From contig CAVYGN010000002.1 in NCBI GenBank assembly GCA_963768055.1, positions 1,408,001 to 1,472,000 of the forward strand: 64,000 bases of DNA, read 5' to 3'. The notes beneath the pieces are model-generated. The model was not told the DNA's origin. It did not search any database and saw only the letters and a list, made by a program, of their open reading frames with translations. Position numbers and translations under genes: made by a program. This stretch comes from an uncultured Spirochaetota bacterium. Lineage in GTDB: Bacteria; Spirochaetota; Brevinematia; Brevinematales; JAOACQ01. Positions 38,590-47,786 of the stretch are shown in pieces. Position 1 is the stretch's first letter, and every line of letters starts with the position of its first letter.

Positions 38590-39348
38590 ATGCCTGACAG
38601 AAGAAGGATCGACGATAATCCGGGCGACCTTATGAGGTGGCTTCTGACCTATTCCGACATGATAACGCTGCTTTTGCTGTTTTTTATCGTTTTGTACTCT
38701 CTCTCCGTTGTGTCACAAAAAAAATTCGAACAGATTATCGAATCCCTGGGCACTGTTTTCGGAGGGGGGAAGCCCGGCATTATGATCCAAGAGAATACCT
38801 CAATCGAAAGCATCACCCCTGAAAATCAGCCTTATTCCGGAAAATACCCCCTCTCAAGCAAAAGAGCGCATGAGCAGGCGTTAAGCTTTGAAAAAACGAT
38901 TTCCGCCCTTCGCCCTCTCGTAAGTTCGAGAAAGGTCAGGGTCCAGCTTGATGAAAGAGGGCTCGTCATTACTCTTTCATCAGATATATATTTCGATTCC
39001 GGTTCGGCCGAATTGAAAGACGAGGGCAAGGATGTCCTCGAGAAAATTTATCCGGCGCTCAGACAGCTCTCTAACAATATAAGGGTCGAGGGCAATGCCG
39101 ACGATGTCCAGATGAACCCGGAGCTGGCAGTTACGCCGAATCCTTCAAAGTTTTCATCGAACTGGGAATTGGCCTCTCAGCGGTCGATCAATGTGCTTAA
39201 GTTCCTGGTTTCCGGTGGAGTCGACCCGAAAAGGACATATTCGGTCTCGTACGGCGATGAAAAACCTATCGAACCTAACAAAGACCCCGAAAGCCGGGCG
39301 TTTAACAGAAGGGTGGATATTGTCGTCGTCACTGAAGGCGGGGAATAG
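38590..39348 (+). CDS. motB: Flagellar stator MotB
   Basis: WLLTYSDMITLLL.FF TM motif; OmpA-like domain with SNWEL...R and NRRVDI. Confidence 0.95.
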   Translation: MPDRRRIDDNPGDLMRWLLTYSDMITLLLLFFIVLYSLSVVSQKKFEQIIESLGTVFGGGKPGIMIQENTSIESITPENQPYSGKYPLSSKRAHEQALSFEKTISALRPLVSSRKVRVQLDERGLVITLSSDIYFDSGSAELKDEGKDVLEKIYPALRQLSNNIRVEGNADDVQMNPELAVTPNPSKFSSNWELASQRSINVLKFLVSGGVDPKRTYSVSYGDEKPIEPNKDPESRAFNRRVDIVVVTEGGE

Positions 39349-39408
39349 GGAACTTCCGCTAAGCCATGCAAAGAAATGCAAAGTATTGATTTTGACTTTG
39401 ACTGTCGA

Positions 39409-39822
39409 CTATCGACTGAATTGATGAGACATCGGCATAAAAGGGGATTCGGGATTGACAGTCAGCGTCTCGTTTGACATATCGATTACGACATCCATGT
39501 CTTCCATAGGAATCTGGCCCAACAAAATGGGGGCGCCGGGGCTTTCTATCATAACGTTGCAATTTGTATTTCTTTTAAGCGCAGAAACGAAAACATGAAC
39601 CACTGAATCAATATTTTTGATTACCGTTTTACCATCTGCGTATTTAACGGTTTTTTTATCAACGATCTCAAGCCCTAAAGTTTGAGCAAGATATTCCGAG
39701 ATTGACAGCATTCTTGCCCCGCTGTCAACCACGGCCTCGGTTTCTATCTGACGTGGGTTATCTGTTTTATTTGCGATATCGGCATAATTCGTAATGATGA
39801 TTTTTGTTTTGATCTGTCCCAC
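39409..39822 (-). CDS. Clan AA (retropepsin-like) aspartic protease
   Basis: VVDSGA catalytic motif and ILLG..PME.MD; GTG start after GGAGG. Confidence 0.8.
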   Translation of the reverse strand: MGQIKTKIIITNYADIANKTDNPRQIETEAVVDSGARMLSISEYLAQTLGLEIVDKKTVKYADGKTVIKNIDSVVHVFVSALKRNTNCNVMIESPGAPILLGQIPMEDMDVVIDMSNETLTVNPESPFMPMSHQFSR

Positions 39823-40206
39823 AAAACCTCCATAGTGCAGACAAACATTTTTATAATTCTAAATAAATTTAAATAATTTGTCAAATGCACTGGTTAGGGA
39901 TGCGGGAAATTCCATCGCAAAGCTGCCAAGAACGCTAAGGGGTTTGAGAGTTTGAAGTTGAGGGGCTATCCGCGAAGCCAAGAAATGAAAAGGGCGGGGA
40001 AAACGGAAACACGGATTGCACAGATAACATCCATCCGTGAAGATGCTTTGATAGAAATAAATAATATAATTAGTTACGGATTTCACAGATTATTCTTTTG
40101 TATCCGAAAGTGGATATAAGAGTCGCTATGGAATGAGGAAAATACGAGTAAACTTCGCCGTGAAGCCGTGAAATTTGATTTATAAAAACAATAATATAAA
40201 TATATA

Positions 40207-40247
40207 TTGACACTATTTACAAAGTGCAGTAGACTACTAAATGTAGT
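40207..40247 (+). promoter_or_regulatory. Sigma70 promoter overlapped by two imperfect palindromes (operator-like)
   Basis: TTGACA-N17-TAGACT; CACT-N8-AGTG (40211-26) and ACTAC-N5-GTAGT (40233-47). Confidence 0.6.
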
Positions 40248-40270
40248 AAATTATAAAAAGAGGTATTTAA

Positions 40271-40756
40271 ATGAATATTCCTACTAACTTAAAACATAAA
40301 CCTGTGATTATATCAGAAAATTATGATTCTGTCGATGGGAAATATGCATCTGATTCAGATGCCAAAGGTCTATCATTAGGACTTGCTCAATGGAATAGAG
40401 GAAGGAAAATAGACATTTCCGCAAAGATTTGGCGTCATACTGGAGATAAATGGTCAAGACAATCCGAAGAGATGCCTTTACATAGGGTTCTTGATCTAGC
40501 AATAATAATATGCAAAACTAAACTGTATTTTAAAAAATCATATGATGCTATTGAGGATGATGATAAGTACCCAAATTACCCAAAATTAAATGAAATAATA
40601 CCTTTGCAAGAAAAATCTTTAAATATTACGACTTGCTCAAATAATGAACATATTGAAGAAGATATTATGACATTTAAAAAATGCTTAAAAGAAGATGATG
40701 AATTTTTAAATGAACGTTTTAAATTATTATCAATCTTACTAAAAGAACTTGATTAA
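40271..40756 (+). CDS. DUF6530-like protein
   Basis: MxIPTxLKHKPV..ENY..VDG...SDAKGLSLGLAQW...DISAK.WR.TG.KWSRQSEE.PLHRVLDLAI, recognised from memory of the family and not searched. Confidence 0.7.
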   Translation: MNIPTNLKHKPVIISENYDSVDGKYASDSDAKGLSLGLAQWNRGRKIDISAKIWRHTGDKWSRQSEEMPLHRVLDLAIIICKTKLYFKKSYDAIEDDDKYPNYPKLNEIIPLQEKSLNITTCSNNEHIEEDIMTFKKCLKEDDEFLNERFKLLSILLKELD

Positions 40757-40896
40757 ATAAACTCCTCGGAACTCTGTCCCGAGATATTGTTCAAAACATT
40801 GGGGAACCTTTTTTAAAAAAGAAGCGAGGTAGAGCTTCGGAAAATTAACCGTAGAGATTAATGAGCTTGAAATGAATGATTTAAGGTGGTGCTAAA

Positions 40897-43542
40897 ATGG
40901 AAGAAAAAGAAAATATCTTTAAAAATGGATCAATTTGGCTTAATGCCGATTTTCACTTACATACAAGGGCTGATAAGCAATTCAAATATATAGGTGAAGA
41001 AAATAATTTTGTCATGGAGTATGTCGAACAGTTAAAGAAAACTGACACCAGAATCGGTGTAATTACTAATCATAATAAATTTGAATTAACAGAATTTAAA
41101 GACCTTCGTAAGAATAGTTTAAAAGAAAATATCTATCTATTACCGGGTGTAGAACTTTCAGTAGACGATGGCTCAAATGGAATTCATGCATTAATCATTT
41201 TCGAGTATGATACTTGGTTAAAAAATAATGATAATTTTATTGACCAGTTTTTAAAATCTGCTTTTGAAGGGATTGCTAATTATGAAAACAGTAGTACAAG
41301 ATGCAAATATAATCTATCAGAATTATTTAAAAAATTAGAAGAACATAGGAAAGAAGGGCGTGATACATTTGTTATAATGGCCCATATTGAACAAGATTGT
41401 GGTTTTTGCAAGGAACTTGATGGCGGTAGGATAACACCAATGGTACATGACGAACATTTTAAAAGGAATGTATTAGCATTTCAGAAAATTAGGACAAATG
41501 ATTTAAAATCCAATTTAATAACCTGGTTTGGAAATGAAAAAGACATACCTGCTTTTGTTGAAGGTTCAGATTGTAAAAAGATTGATGAAATAGGGTCACG
41601 TATACAAAAGGGTGTAGATGGTAATATAAATGAAAAAAAATGTTTTATAAAAATAGGAGATTATAATTTTGAAGCGATTAAATATGCATTAACTGATAAA
41701 GACAATCGTATTTCATATGACAAGCCTCCTTTAATAAATAATGCCTATATAAAATCAATATCGTTTGAAGGAGGTTTGCTTGATGGGAAACAGATTAATT
41801 TTTCGCCTGAACTTAATAATTTTATCGGAATTAGGGGAAGTGGAAAGTCGTCAATTATAGAGATATTACGATATACTCTTGGAATTTCTCTGGGCAACCA
41901 GGCTACAGATAAAGATTATAAAAACGATCTTATTGGATATGTACTTAAAAGTGGAGCTAAGGTTACTGTAGTGGTTGTAAATGAATACAAAAAAGAATAT
42001 CGCATTGAAAAAATATATGGTCAAAAAGAAGATGTCTTTGAAAGCAACGTAAGAATTGATGTTTCAATTAACGCAATATTTAAAGTACCTGTCTATTTCG
42101 GACAAAAAGATCTTTCAAACAAAGATATCAATTTTGAGGCCGATCTGGTAAAAAAACTTATTGGTAATCGTTTAGAAGAAATACGTTCCAAAATCAATGC
42201 AAAGGCTGATGATATAGAAGATATAGTCAACAAATTTAAAAAACTGGAAAACCTTGAGGACTTAAAAAAAGAGACAAATGAAGTAATAAAAAATTCTGAA
42301 GAAAAACTAAAAATATTTAAAGAAAAAGGGGTTAATGATAAACTACATCAGCAAAGCAACTTTGATTCCGATATTTCAATAATAAGCGATATTTACAAAG
42401 CATTAACAACATTTAAAGCTGATTTTAAAGTATTAATTGAAAATTATACTGTCTTTTTCAGAGATACCATTTTTAATTCTGAAGAAAATTTAGAAATCTT
42501 TCAAAATTTAAAAACAATATTCGATAGCATTAAATCAGAGTTTAATAAATTAAACGATATAAACAGAAATATTGACTTATCCGTATCAAAATTTGATGTG
42601 CTTAAAAAAAATCTTATGGAAAAAAAAGAAAGTTTGAAGGAAGAATTTGCAAAAATAAAAAGAGAAATTAATATACCCAATCTTAATCCAGATGATTTTC
42701 TCAAGTTAAACAGAATTATTGAAACTTCAAAATTAAAACTGATTGAAATTGAAAAATCAGAAACTAAAAGAAGGGATTATCTGAAGTCTTTAAATGACAA
42801 AATATCTGAATTAAACAATCTATGGCTTGAAGAATTTAAAATTGTGCAAAATGAAGTTCAAAGAATTAATGATTATGAAAGTGCCCTCTCTATTACAGCC
42901 GAATTTAAAAACAGACGAGACAATTTTTTTAATAAAATAAGACAAACTTTTAAAGGGAGTGGTATTACAGAGTCAAATTATAATAAAATATGCGATACTT
43001 ATAAAGACTTTGTAGAAATATACAGGGATAAGGAAAAATTAAATAATATTCTAAACGAAAACCACCTTGCTGAATTTAATAAAAAATTTATGGAAAATCT
43101 TTCCGAGTTGATAACTTATCAGGTGGAAACAAAATATACTATTAAATATAATAATAAACCATTAAAAGACCATTCGTTAGGTCAGCGTGCTACCGCTTTG
43201 ATTCTTTTTCTTCTTGCTCAAAAAGAAACGGATGTCTTAATAATTGATCAACCTGAAGATGATTTAGATAATCAGACAATTTATGAAGATGTAATCAAAC
43301 AGATTAAATTATTAAAAGGTGAAATGCAATTTATATTTGCTACACATAATGCAAATATTCCTGTGCTTGGCGACAGTGAGAAAATTATTTCATGTAATTA
43401 TTCTGAATTAAATATTGAAACAAATGAGGGTACTATCGATACCCCTGGAACACAAAAACAAATAGTAACAATCATGGAAGGTGGGGAAGAAGCTTTTAAT
43501 AGAAGAAAGAATATTTATGAAATATGGAGTTTAAAAAAATGA
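40897..43542 (+). CDS. PHP-domain / coiled-coil ABC-ATPase (Ppl / TrlF-like anti-phage protein)
   Basis: PHP motifs DFHLHT, ITNHN, PGVEL, GIHAL, MAH and GSD; Walker A GIRGSGKS; long coiled coil; signature SLGQR; Walker B LIIDQPEDDLDN; H-loop ATHN. Confidence 0.9.
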   Translation: MEEKENIFKNGSIWLNADFHLHTRADKQFKYIGEENNFVMEYVEQLKKTDTRIGVITNHNKFELTEFKDLRKNSLKENIYLLPGVELSVDDGSNGIHALIIFEYDTWLKNNDNFIDQFLKSAFEGIANYENSSTRCKYNLSELFKKLEEHRKEGRDTFVIMAHIEQDCGFCKELDGGRITPMVHDEHFKRNVLAFQKIRTNDLKSNLITWFGNEKDIPAFVEGSDCKKIDEIGSRIQKGVDGNINEKKCFIKIGDYNFEAIKYALTDKDNRISYDKPPLINNAYIKSISFEGGLLDGKQINFSPELNNFIGIRGSGKSSIIEILRYTLGISLGNQATDKDYKNDLIGYVLKSGAKVTVVVVNEYKKEYRIEKIYGQKEDVFESNVRIDVSINAIFKVPVYFGQKDLSNKDINFEADLVKKLIGNRLEEIRSKINAKADDIEDIVNKFKKLENLEDLKKETNEVIKNSEEKLKIFKEKGVNDKLHQQSNFDSDISIISDIYKALTTFKADFKVLIENYTVFFRDTIFNSEENLEIFQNLKTIFDSIKSEFNKLNDINRNIDLSVSKFDVLKKNLMEKKESLKEEFAKIKREINIPNLNPDDFLKLNRIIETSKLKLIEIEKSETKRRDYLKSLNDKISELNNLWLEEFKIVQNEVQRINDYESALSITAEFKNRRDNFFNKIRQTFKGSGITESNYNKICDTYKDFVEIYRDKEKLNNILNENHLAEFNKKFMENLSELITYQVETKYTIKYNNKPLKDHSLGQRATALILFLLAQKETDVLIIDQPEDDLDNQTIYEDVIKQIKLLKGEMQFIFATHNANIPVLGDSEKIISCNYSELNIETNEGTIDTPGTQKQIVTIMEGGEEAFNRRKNIYEIWSLKK

Positions 43543-44708
43543 ATGCTATTGAGTTATTGGACATTATAAGTGCTGGCGAAACAAGCAGGGTACAGTTTAA
43601 AGTACAAATTACCTCACCTGATGATCTTGCATCTGAAATGATAGCATTTTCAAATTCTCTTGGGGGTATTATCCTGGTTGGGGTTAGTAATACAGGTCAA
43701 ATTGTTGGCTTATCATATAACGATATACAGGATACGGCAATACTGGCGGGTAATGTTGCTACTGATAAAATTATACCAACGGTTTATATTCAAACCGAGG
43801 TTATTACTTTTGAAGTATCTGGAGAAAGGAAAAATGTTCTTATTATCTATATTGAAGAAGGAATAAATAAACCTTATAAAACTAGAAATCTTGTCGTATG
43901 GAAAAAGCAAGGTTCAGATAAGCGTAGAGTGACTGACAGTAATGAATTATTAAGGCTTTATCAAAGTAGTGGCAACCTTCTTGCTGACGAAATGGAGGTG
44001 GCCAATACTTCTATTGCGGATATTGATATTGACAAATTAAACCAATTTACTATAAAAGCAATGGAAAAATCATTAGAAGAAATCGGACTAGATGTAGACC
44101 AAATTGTAAAAAATATTAATATTATGAGAAATAACCGCCTTACACTAGGCGGACTTTTATTTTTTGGTAAAAATCCACAGAAATATAAACCCGTATTTTG
44201 TATAAAAGCCATTTCTTTTTTTGGAAATGATATAGAGGGCTTAGAATACAGGAATAGTATAGATATTAACGGTACAATGCCAGAATTATTTGAAAAAGGC
44301 ATGGAATTTTTCAATAGCAATCTAAGACACACTCAACAGGGCCAAAAATTTAATTCTCTTGGTTCGCTTGAAATATCTAAAATTGCTATTGAAGAAGTAC
44401 TTCAGAATGCATTAATACATAGAGATTACTTGAAAAATGCTCCAATTAGAGTCATGATTTTTGACAATCGAATTGAGTTGATAAGTCCAGGGGCATTACC
44501 AAATAGTCTTTCTGTAGAGAATATCAAAGCCGGTAATGCAGTTGTTAGAAATAACTTGTTAGCATCTTATTGTGTAATAACAATGCCGTATAGAGGTTTT
44601 GGTTCTGGTATTAGACGAGCTATCAAAGAACAACCAAACATCGAGTTTTTTAATGACATTGAAGGTGAGCAATTTATAGTTAAGATAGCAAGGTCGATGA
44701 CAAGCTAG
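43539..44708 (+). CDS. Schlafen/AlbA_2 domain plus HATPase_c_4 (RecG-C-like) protein
   Basis: GETSRVQFK, AFSNSLGG.ILVGV, EVLQNALIHRDY, IFDNRIELISPG.LP, RN.LL and GSGI motifs; ATGA overlap with the upstream ATPase stop; RBS GGAG. Confidence 0.9.
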   Translation: MNAIELLDIISAGETSRVQFKVQITSPDDLASEMIAFSNSLGGIILVGVSNTGQIVGLSYNDIQDTAILAGNVATDKIIPTVYIQTEVITFEVSGERKNVLIIYIEEGINKPYKTRNLVVWKKQGSDKRRVTDSNELLRLYQSSGNLLADEMEVANTSIADIDIDKLNQFTIKAMEKSLEEIGLDVDQIVKNINIMRNNRLTLGGLLFFGKNPQKYKPVFCIKAISFFGNDIEGLEYRNSIDINGTMPELFEKGMEFFNSNLRHTQQGQKFNSLGSLEISKIAIEEVLQNALIHRDYLKNAPIRVMIFDNRIELISPGALPNSLSVENIKAGNAVVRNNLLASYCVITMPYRGFGSGIRRAIKEQPNIEFFNDIEGEQFIVKIARSMTS

Positions 44709-44831
44709 ATATTTGTCCTGAACGACTATAGCTATAACCTATACATTGGTCAACATACAACAACCTGTTATGAAACCAAAGTCATTATTTAAATTTAAGT
44801 ATTTTTATATTTATAGGATAGTTAAGGAAAA

Positions 44832-46586
44832 TTAATCAATACTTGGTAAAAAATCCTTCAATGGATTTTTTCCCTTAGCCTTATCTTTATCAATTTCTTT
44901 TAATATTTCATCTTTAACTTTATCAATGTTAGGTTTTGATTTTAAAAATCTCTGCGGATTAGATTTTTGCAATTCATTGTTGTAAATTAAAATAGTAGTA
45001 ATATAATCTATCATCTTTTGAGTCCTGTCATTTAATTGATTATTCAATAATTTGCGAGCAATATTTGAATCATAATAACCATATTTTTTCTTTATTATAG
45101 TCCAAATAAAATACATATAAATTAAGTTTGAGTAAAGTAAAAATTCTTTCGATAAAATTTCTTTTCTTTTTTCATCAGTAATTTCTTCTGTTTTAACTAA
45201 ATAATATTCTTGTTCTTTGTATTTTTGAATATTATTGTTGACTTTATCAAAAATATGATTTGGTAATAATATTTCATAAAAAGTAATATCTTTTTTAAAA
45301 ATTTGATCATAATGTTCAGCAAAAAGATTTTCACGATAACGTCTAGCATATATTGGATCGAACAAAGAAGAATATATAACTTGAGCTGTTCTTACCATTT
45401 CAATTACTTTATTATTATAATCTTTTTTGATAACTTTTCTATAGAGATTTTTTTCACCTTCTTTTCTTTCATAAAAATATGGAGGATCTAGTTTTTTTAA
45501 ATCATCTTTTATTTTTTTTTGTATACCATCATTTGAACGTAATTGATATGCTGAAACTGGATTCTGTGAATTGGTATATAAAGTGATATCATCTGTATCT
45601 TTTAAATTTGCTTGAATGATCCTAATCAACAAATAAACATCTTTTGGAATTTCTTTATTCTCATAAAATTTTTCATAAGCTTCAAAAATACTTACGGTAG
45701 TTTGACAACCATTTATTATTTGAGGGCCAGTAACTGATAAACTATTTTTATCATTTACAAAATTTTCTCTTATTAGTGAACATACTATTGTAATTCCATT
45801 ATTGTAATACCAAAAGTTTTTCCTATCTTTTTGTTCACCTATTGTATCTATTATTTGAGCATTTATTGTTCCTGATTTAGCGCCTTTATAGTATCTAATA
45901 TTTCTATCAAAGAGTTTATTTTTATAAATTTCATATATTTTTGCTAAAATATCGGCTTTAATCGAAAATATATAAGAAGGATAAATACCTAAATTATTTT
46001 TAAAATATTGATTTTCAATTATTGGAAATTCAACTGTTTCATCGGCTAAGGGATTTCCTTCGGAGATAGAAGCCTCATAAGTACTAATAATATCATCTAT
46101 ATCATGATAATATAATTGGATTCTATTGTTATAATCTTGAATATTATTAAATGTTATACGTTCTTTTTTTGACGAATCATTAAAAGTACCGGCAATAAAA
46201 TAATGTAATTCAACAACTCCTTCAGATTCCCAAACATCTTTAAATGATTCTGCCACATCAATTATTTGGGATTTTGAACTCAATTGAGAGGGATTTTTTA
46301 AAGTGTTTAAACAAGAATAGAATAATACAATATCTTTTTCACTTATTTCCTTGCGGCAATCATTTGAATATTTAGCTTGAATTAATATAAGTCTATTTTT
46401 CTCATATGTAATATATGCATCAATTCTTTTGTCTTCGCCATTATCAGTAATATAATCATTTACATCTGAATCCATAATATCATAATATGAATTTAATATC
46501 CACTGGATAAATGCTCTTCCTTCAGAAATTTTTTCTTTTTTACATATTGAATTAATATGATCTTTAAAACTCATTAAATTATTCAT
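44832..46586 (-). CDS. AIPR (abortive infection phage resistance) family protein
   Basis: N-terminal D..IDA....IQAKY; LF.RNIRYY, FWYYNNGITIVC, PQIINGCQT and TNSQNPV motifs. Confidence 0.9.
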   Translation of the reverse strand: MNNLMSFKDHINSICKKEKISEGRAFIQWILNSYYDIMDSDVNDYITDNGEDKRIDAYITYEKNRLILIQAKYSNDCRKEISEKDIVLFYSCLNTLKNPSQLSSKSQIIDVAESFKDVWESEGVVELHYFIAGTFNDSSKKERITFNNIQDYNNRIQLYYHDIDDIISTYEASISEGNPLADETVEFPIIENQYFKNNLGIYPSYIFSIKADILAKIYEIYKNKLFDRNIRYYKGAKSGTINAQIIDTIGEQKDRKNFWYYNNGITIVCSLIRENFVNDKNSLSVTGPQIINGCQTTVSIFEAYEKFYENKEIPKDVYLLIRIIQANLKDTDDITLYTNSQNPVSAYQLRSNDGIQKKIKDDLKKLDPPYFYERKEGEKNLYRKVIKKDYNNKVIEMVRTAQVIYSSLFDPIYARRYRENLFAEHYDQIFKKDITFYEILLPNHIFDKVNNNIQKYKEQEYYLVKTEEITDEKRKEILSKEFLLYSNLIYMYFIWTIIKKKYGYYDSNIARKLLNNQLNDRTQKMIDYITTILIYNNELQKSNPQRFLKSKPNIDKVKDEILKEIDKDKAKGKNPLKDFLPSID

Positions 46587-46798
46587 GTAATACCCCTAAA
46601 ACTGCTAGTAATCCTTTTCCAATAACTACCTGCATTACATTTTAGGCTTATTTATCATTTATGGCAAAAATATACGAAATAACAAAACTCCATTTTCCGT
46701 CCTTCGCGTCCTCCGCTCCACTTTGCGTCCTTTGCGTCTTAGCGGTGATCCCCGTCTCCATTAGCGTGGCTTAGCGGACAGTCTTTCCCCTTAATTAT

Positions 46799-46826
46799 TT
46801 GACAAACCTCTGTTTTCTTTTATAAT
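46799..46826 (+). promoter_or_regulatory. Sigma70 promoter for rplM-rpsI
   Basis: TTGACA-N16-TATAAT. Confidence 0.8.
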
Positions 46827-46853
46827 ATATGGAAATTTTTCGGGTGGTAACGG

Positions 46854-47282
46854 ATGAAGACCTTTGTATTAAAAGCTTCCCAGATCAAAAGGCAGTATTT
46901 TGTCATAGACGCGCTCGGGAAACCCTTAGGCAGGATAGCCTCCCGCACCGCGCAGGTTCTGATGGGCAAGCATAAACCGACTTACACTAAAAACCTTGAC
47001 GACGGTGATTTTGTAATTATAGTCAACGCCGATAAATTCATACTTACGGGCAGGAAACCTAAAAACAAGATCTATTATCGATATTCGGGCTATGTAGGCG
47101 GCATGCACGAAACCACTTTCAAGGTTATGATGCAGAAAAAGCCATTATTTCCCCTTGAAAAAGCTGTAAAGGGAATGCTTCCAAGAAATAACCTGGCTAA
47201 AAAGATGATTAAAAAACTCTATCTTTATGCCGGCCCGGTTCATGATTTAAAAAATATCAAAACAAGCCCGCTCGAAATATAA
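46854..47282 (+). CDS. rplM: 50S ribosomal protein L13
   Basis: IDA.G..LGR.AS, GKHKP.Y, GD.V..VNA and AVKGMLP motifs. Confidence 0.98.
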   Translation: MKTFVLKASQIKRQYFVIDALGKPLGRIASRTAQVLMGKHKPTYTKNLDDGDFVIIVNADKFILTGRKPKNKIYYRYSGYVGGMHETTFKVMMQKKPLFPLEKAVKGMLPRNNLAKKMIKKLYLYAGPVHDLKNIKTSPLEI

Positions 47283-47297
47283 GGGAGGAAAATTAGA

Positions 47298-47690
47298 ATG
47301 ACAGATCCGATTTATGCTACCGGAAGACGCAAAACCAGCGTTGCGAGGGTTTTTCTTCTGCCTAAGGGCAGCGGTAAATTTACTATAAACAAAAAAGATA
47401 TAGAATCTTATTTTCCTTCAGTATATTGGGACATTGTGCGTATTCCCCTCAAGGCCTCCGAATTATTGGGTAAATACGATGTTTATGTGACTGTAAAAGG
47501 CGGCGGCACTACAGGGCAGGCGGAAGCGGTACGGCATGGCCTGTCGAGAGCTATCGATAAGCTTGACAGGGAAAAGTACCACAAGACTCTTAAAGACCTG
47601 GGCTTTTTGACAAGGGATTCGAGAATGGTCCAGAGAAAGCATTACGGACTCAAGAAAGCGAGGAAGGGCCCTCAGTATTCCAAGAGATAA
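47298..47690 (+). CDS. rpsI: 30S ribosomal protein S9
   Basis: [24 protein letters not shown] and C-terminal QYSKR. Confidence 0.98.
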   Translation: MTDPIYATGRRKTSVARVFLLPKGSGKFTINKKDIESYFPSVYWDIVRIPLKASELLGKYDVYVTVKGGGTTGQAEAVRHGLSRAIDKLDREKYHKTLKDLGFLTRDSRMVQRKHYGLKKARKGPQYSKR

Positions 47691-47786
47691 TTTTGCTTTG
47701 TCCGGGAATTTTAACTCTCAATAATCTGTAAATAGGAACGATTCTAAACTTTCTTTTCGTGAAAAAACATAGGGGTATGAAAAGAT

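Larger units (their letters stand above)
40200..46650. mobile_element. AT-rich horizontally acquired island carrying defence-type genes (boundaries approximate)
   Basis: Abrupt visible shift to AT-rich sequence and A/T-ending codons across four ORFs; no integrase or transposase inside. Confidence 0.75.

Noticed and set aside
40070..40190. Decayed 5' end of a GxxExxY gene
   Set aside because: Only a faint resemblance (TDFTD-like start, ...AME); the defining motif is absent.
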